Source: Lama glama (taxonomy: Eukaryota). Taken from it: 64,000 nucleotides of DNA. Of the stretch, positions 62,764-64,000 are shown piece by piece. The notes beneath the pieces were generated by a model. That model made no database searches and was not told the origin of the DNA. It saw only the letters and a program-made list of their open reading frames with translations. The stretch lies in contig CM052816.1 in assembly GCA_028534125.1 (NCBI GenBank), positions 70,434,001-70,498,000 of the forward strand. Direction: 5' to 3'. The translations under genes were made by a program, and so were the position numbers. Within the stretch, counting starts at the first letter, position 1. Each line of letters begins with the position of its first letter.

Positions 62764-64000
62764 ACGTTAACGAGTACCTAGAAAACTAAGTCCGTTACTC
62801 TGTAATATCTATTTCATGCACTAGCATTCAGAATACCATTACAAAAAGGTTATATAATTCAGAAAGTTCAGTGTCCATATTCTAACAAGTGTCCAAGAAG
62901 CTATTTGGTTAAAGGATCTGAGGGAAGCTGGCAAACAATTTGGAATAGAGTTATCTGACAGAACCGACCAGAAGGCAGCCTGTATGCAGTCTGCATTTCT
63001 ACATGGTATCCATGGAAATGAGATCAGGTCCGAACAAAGACAAACAAAGGCCACCTTCAAATGAACCAGGAGAATGACAACTGCCAGTGTTCAAGGCACC
63101 CATGGGCACAATAGCTTTGCACACGCTCTTCAGAACACAATGAAATAATCTCTTATACTGACAATACGGTGTCCGACACTCTTTTTTTTTTTTCATTGCT
63201 CTGTTTAAACATTAACCTCATTTTTACACAGAAAGCCTTTCAATGACCAGGAGTTATGTACAGCTTCTGGAGTAAAAACTGTCTCTAGTCACTTTAAACT
63301 AATCACAGGAAGAATTGCAGTCACCCTTTCAAAACATGGACTAATGTAGTGATCTTCACTGACAAAACCGCCCAGTTTCTGTGAACTGGTTGGTTAGCAG
63401 AACAGACCATTCTCTCAAAGGAAGAAAAACATGTTTGAAAATTATTAACAGTCCCAACATTCAATGGGCCTGAAAACATTACGAAAATATGCAGTTCAAG
63501 TTTATACTGGTTAGGAGATGCAATTTACATGTACAAGAGTCAGAAGGCATAGACCGGATAAGACACTTGAATATAAGTACTTTGAATTAATTCTAACATC
63601 AACAAAATTAAGAGTAGGCATTAATTTCTTTTCTAATATATATTAAACAGAAATGTTTAAGATGCCTTGGAAAAAAACAAAAACCACTGAGTTACACAGA
63701 AGTAAAGGCTTTAAAATTTTACTAACAGAACCTTTCCAAGATGACACTAATTCTCTGTGCCAAATGGAACTATGATTTCTGAAAGGCTATTTGGGGATTT
63801 TTATTATACTGGCTAGAAATAAAGCATTAAAAGCTTAGCTGGAGAAACATAAATCTATAGCTTTAAAAGAATTTGTTTTTTTGGAAATCTGACAAAAGCA
63901 CTGAACTTAATTCTATGAATAAGATTGGACTATTGTTATGTATTATACACCCTAAAAACAGCACTAAGCTTATTCATTTCAACTGCTTCAGTAAATATGT

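Noticed and set aside
47284..64000. Possible ITGA2 exon 1/promoter or a nested gene such as PELO
   Set aside because: No MGPERT-like signal-peptide exon or promoter CpG island seen; PELO is nested in ITGA1, not ITGA2, and no such ORF is present
1..64000. CRISPR arrays, prokaryotic operons or a novel multi-gene system
   Set aside because: The sequence is accounted for by a spliced mammalian gene plus interspersed repeats; no repeat-spacer array or unexplained long ORF was seen

Overview
This is vertebrate genomic DNA, almost certainly camelid: it carries tylopod-type Vic-1-like tRNA-derived SINEs. The whole window lies inside the integrin alpha-2 gene (ITGA2/CD49b) on the minus strand. I located coding exons 2-19 (human numbering) between 47283 and 604. 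All have GT-AG boundaries and consistent phase, and together they give an uninterrupted 2365-nt reading frame covering the end of the signal peptide, the beta-propeller, the I-domain (MIDAS DESNS intact), the thigh and the genu. Exon 1 and exons 20 onward lie outside the window. The introns hold ordinary mammalian repeats (L1, L2, MIR, MaLR/ERV LTRs, hAT DNA transposons, microsatellites) and one 500-N assembly gap. I found no convincing new gene or novel biological system. The best leads are lineage-specific: SINE insertions at branch-point distance from exons 10 and 14 that form an inverted pair around exons 10-13, a solo LTR nested in one of those SINEs, an unusually CpG-rich exon 14, an intronic CpG island-like patch, and a new Cys plus N-glycan sequon in the thigh domain. 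Comparisons with human ITGA2 and repeat family names come from recalled sequences, not from searches, and need alignment to confirm.
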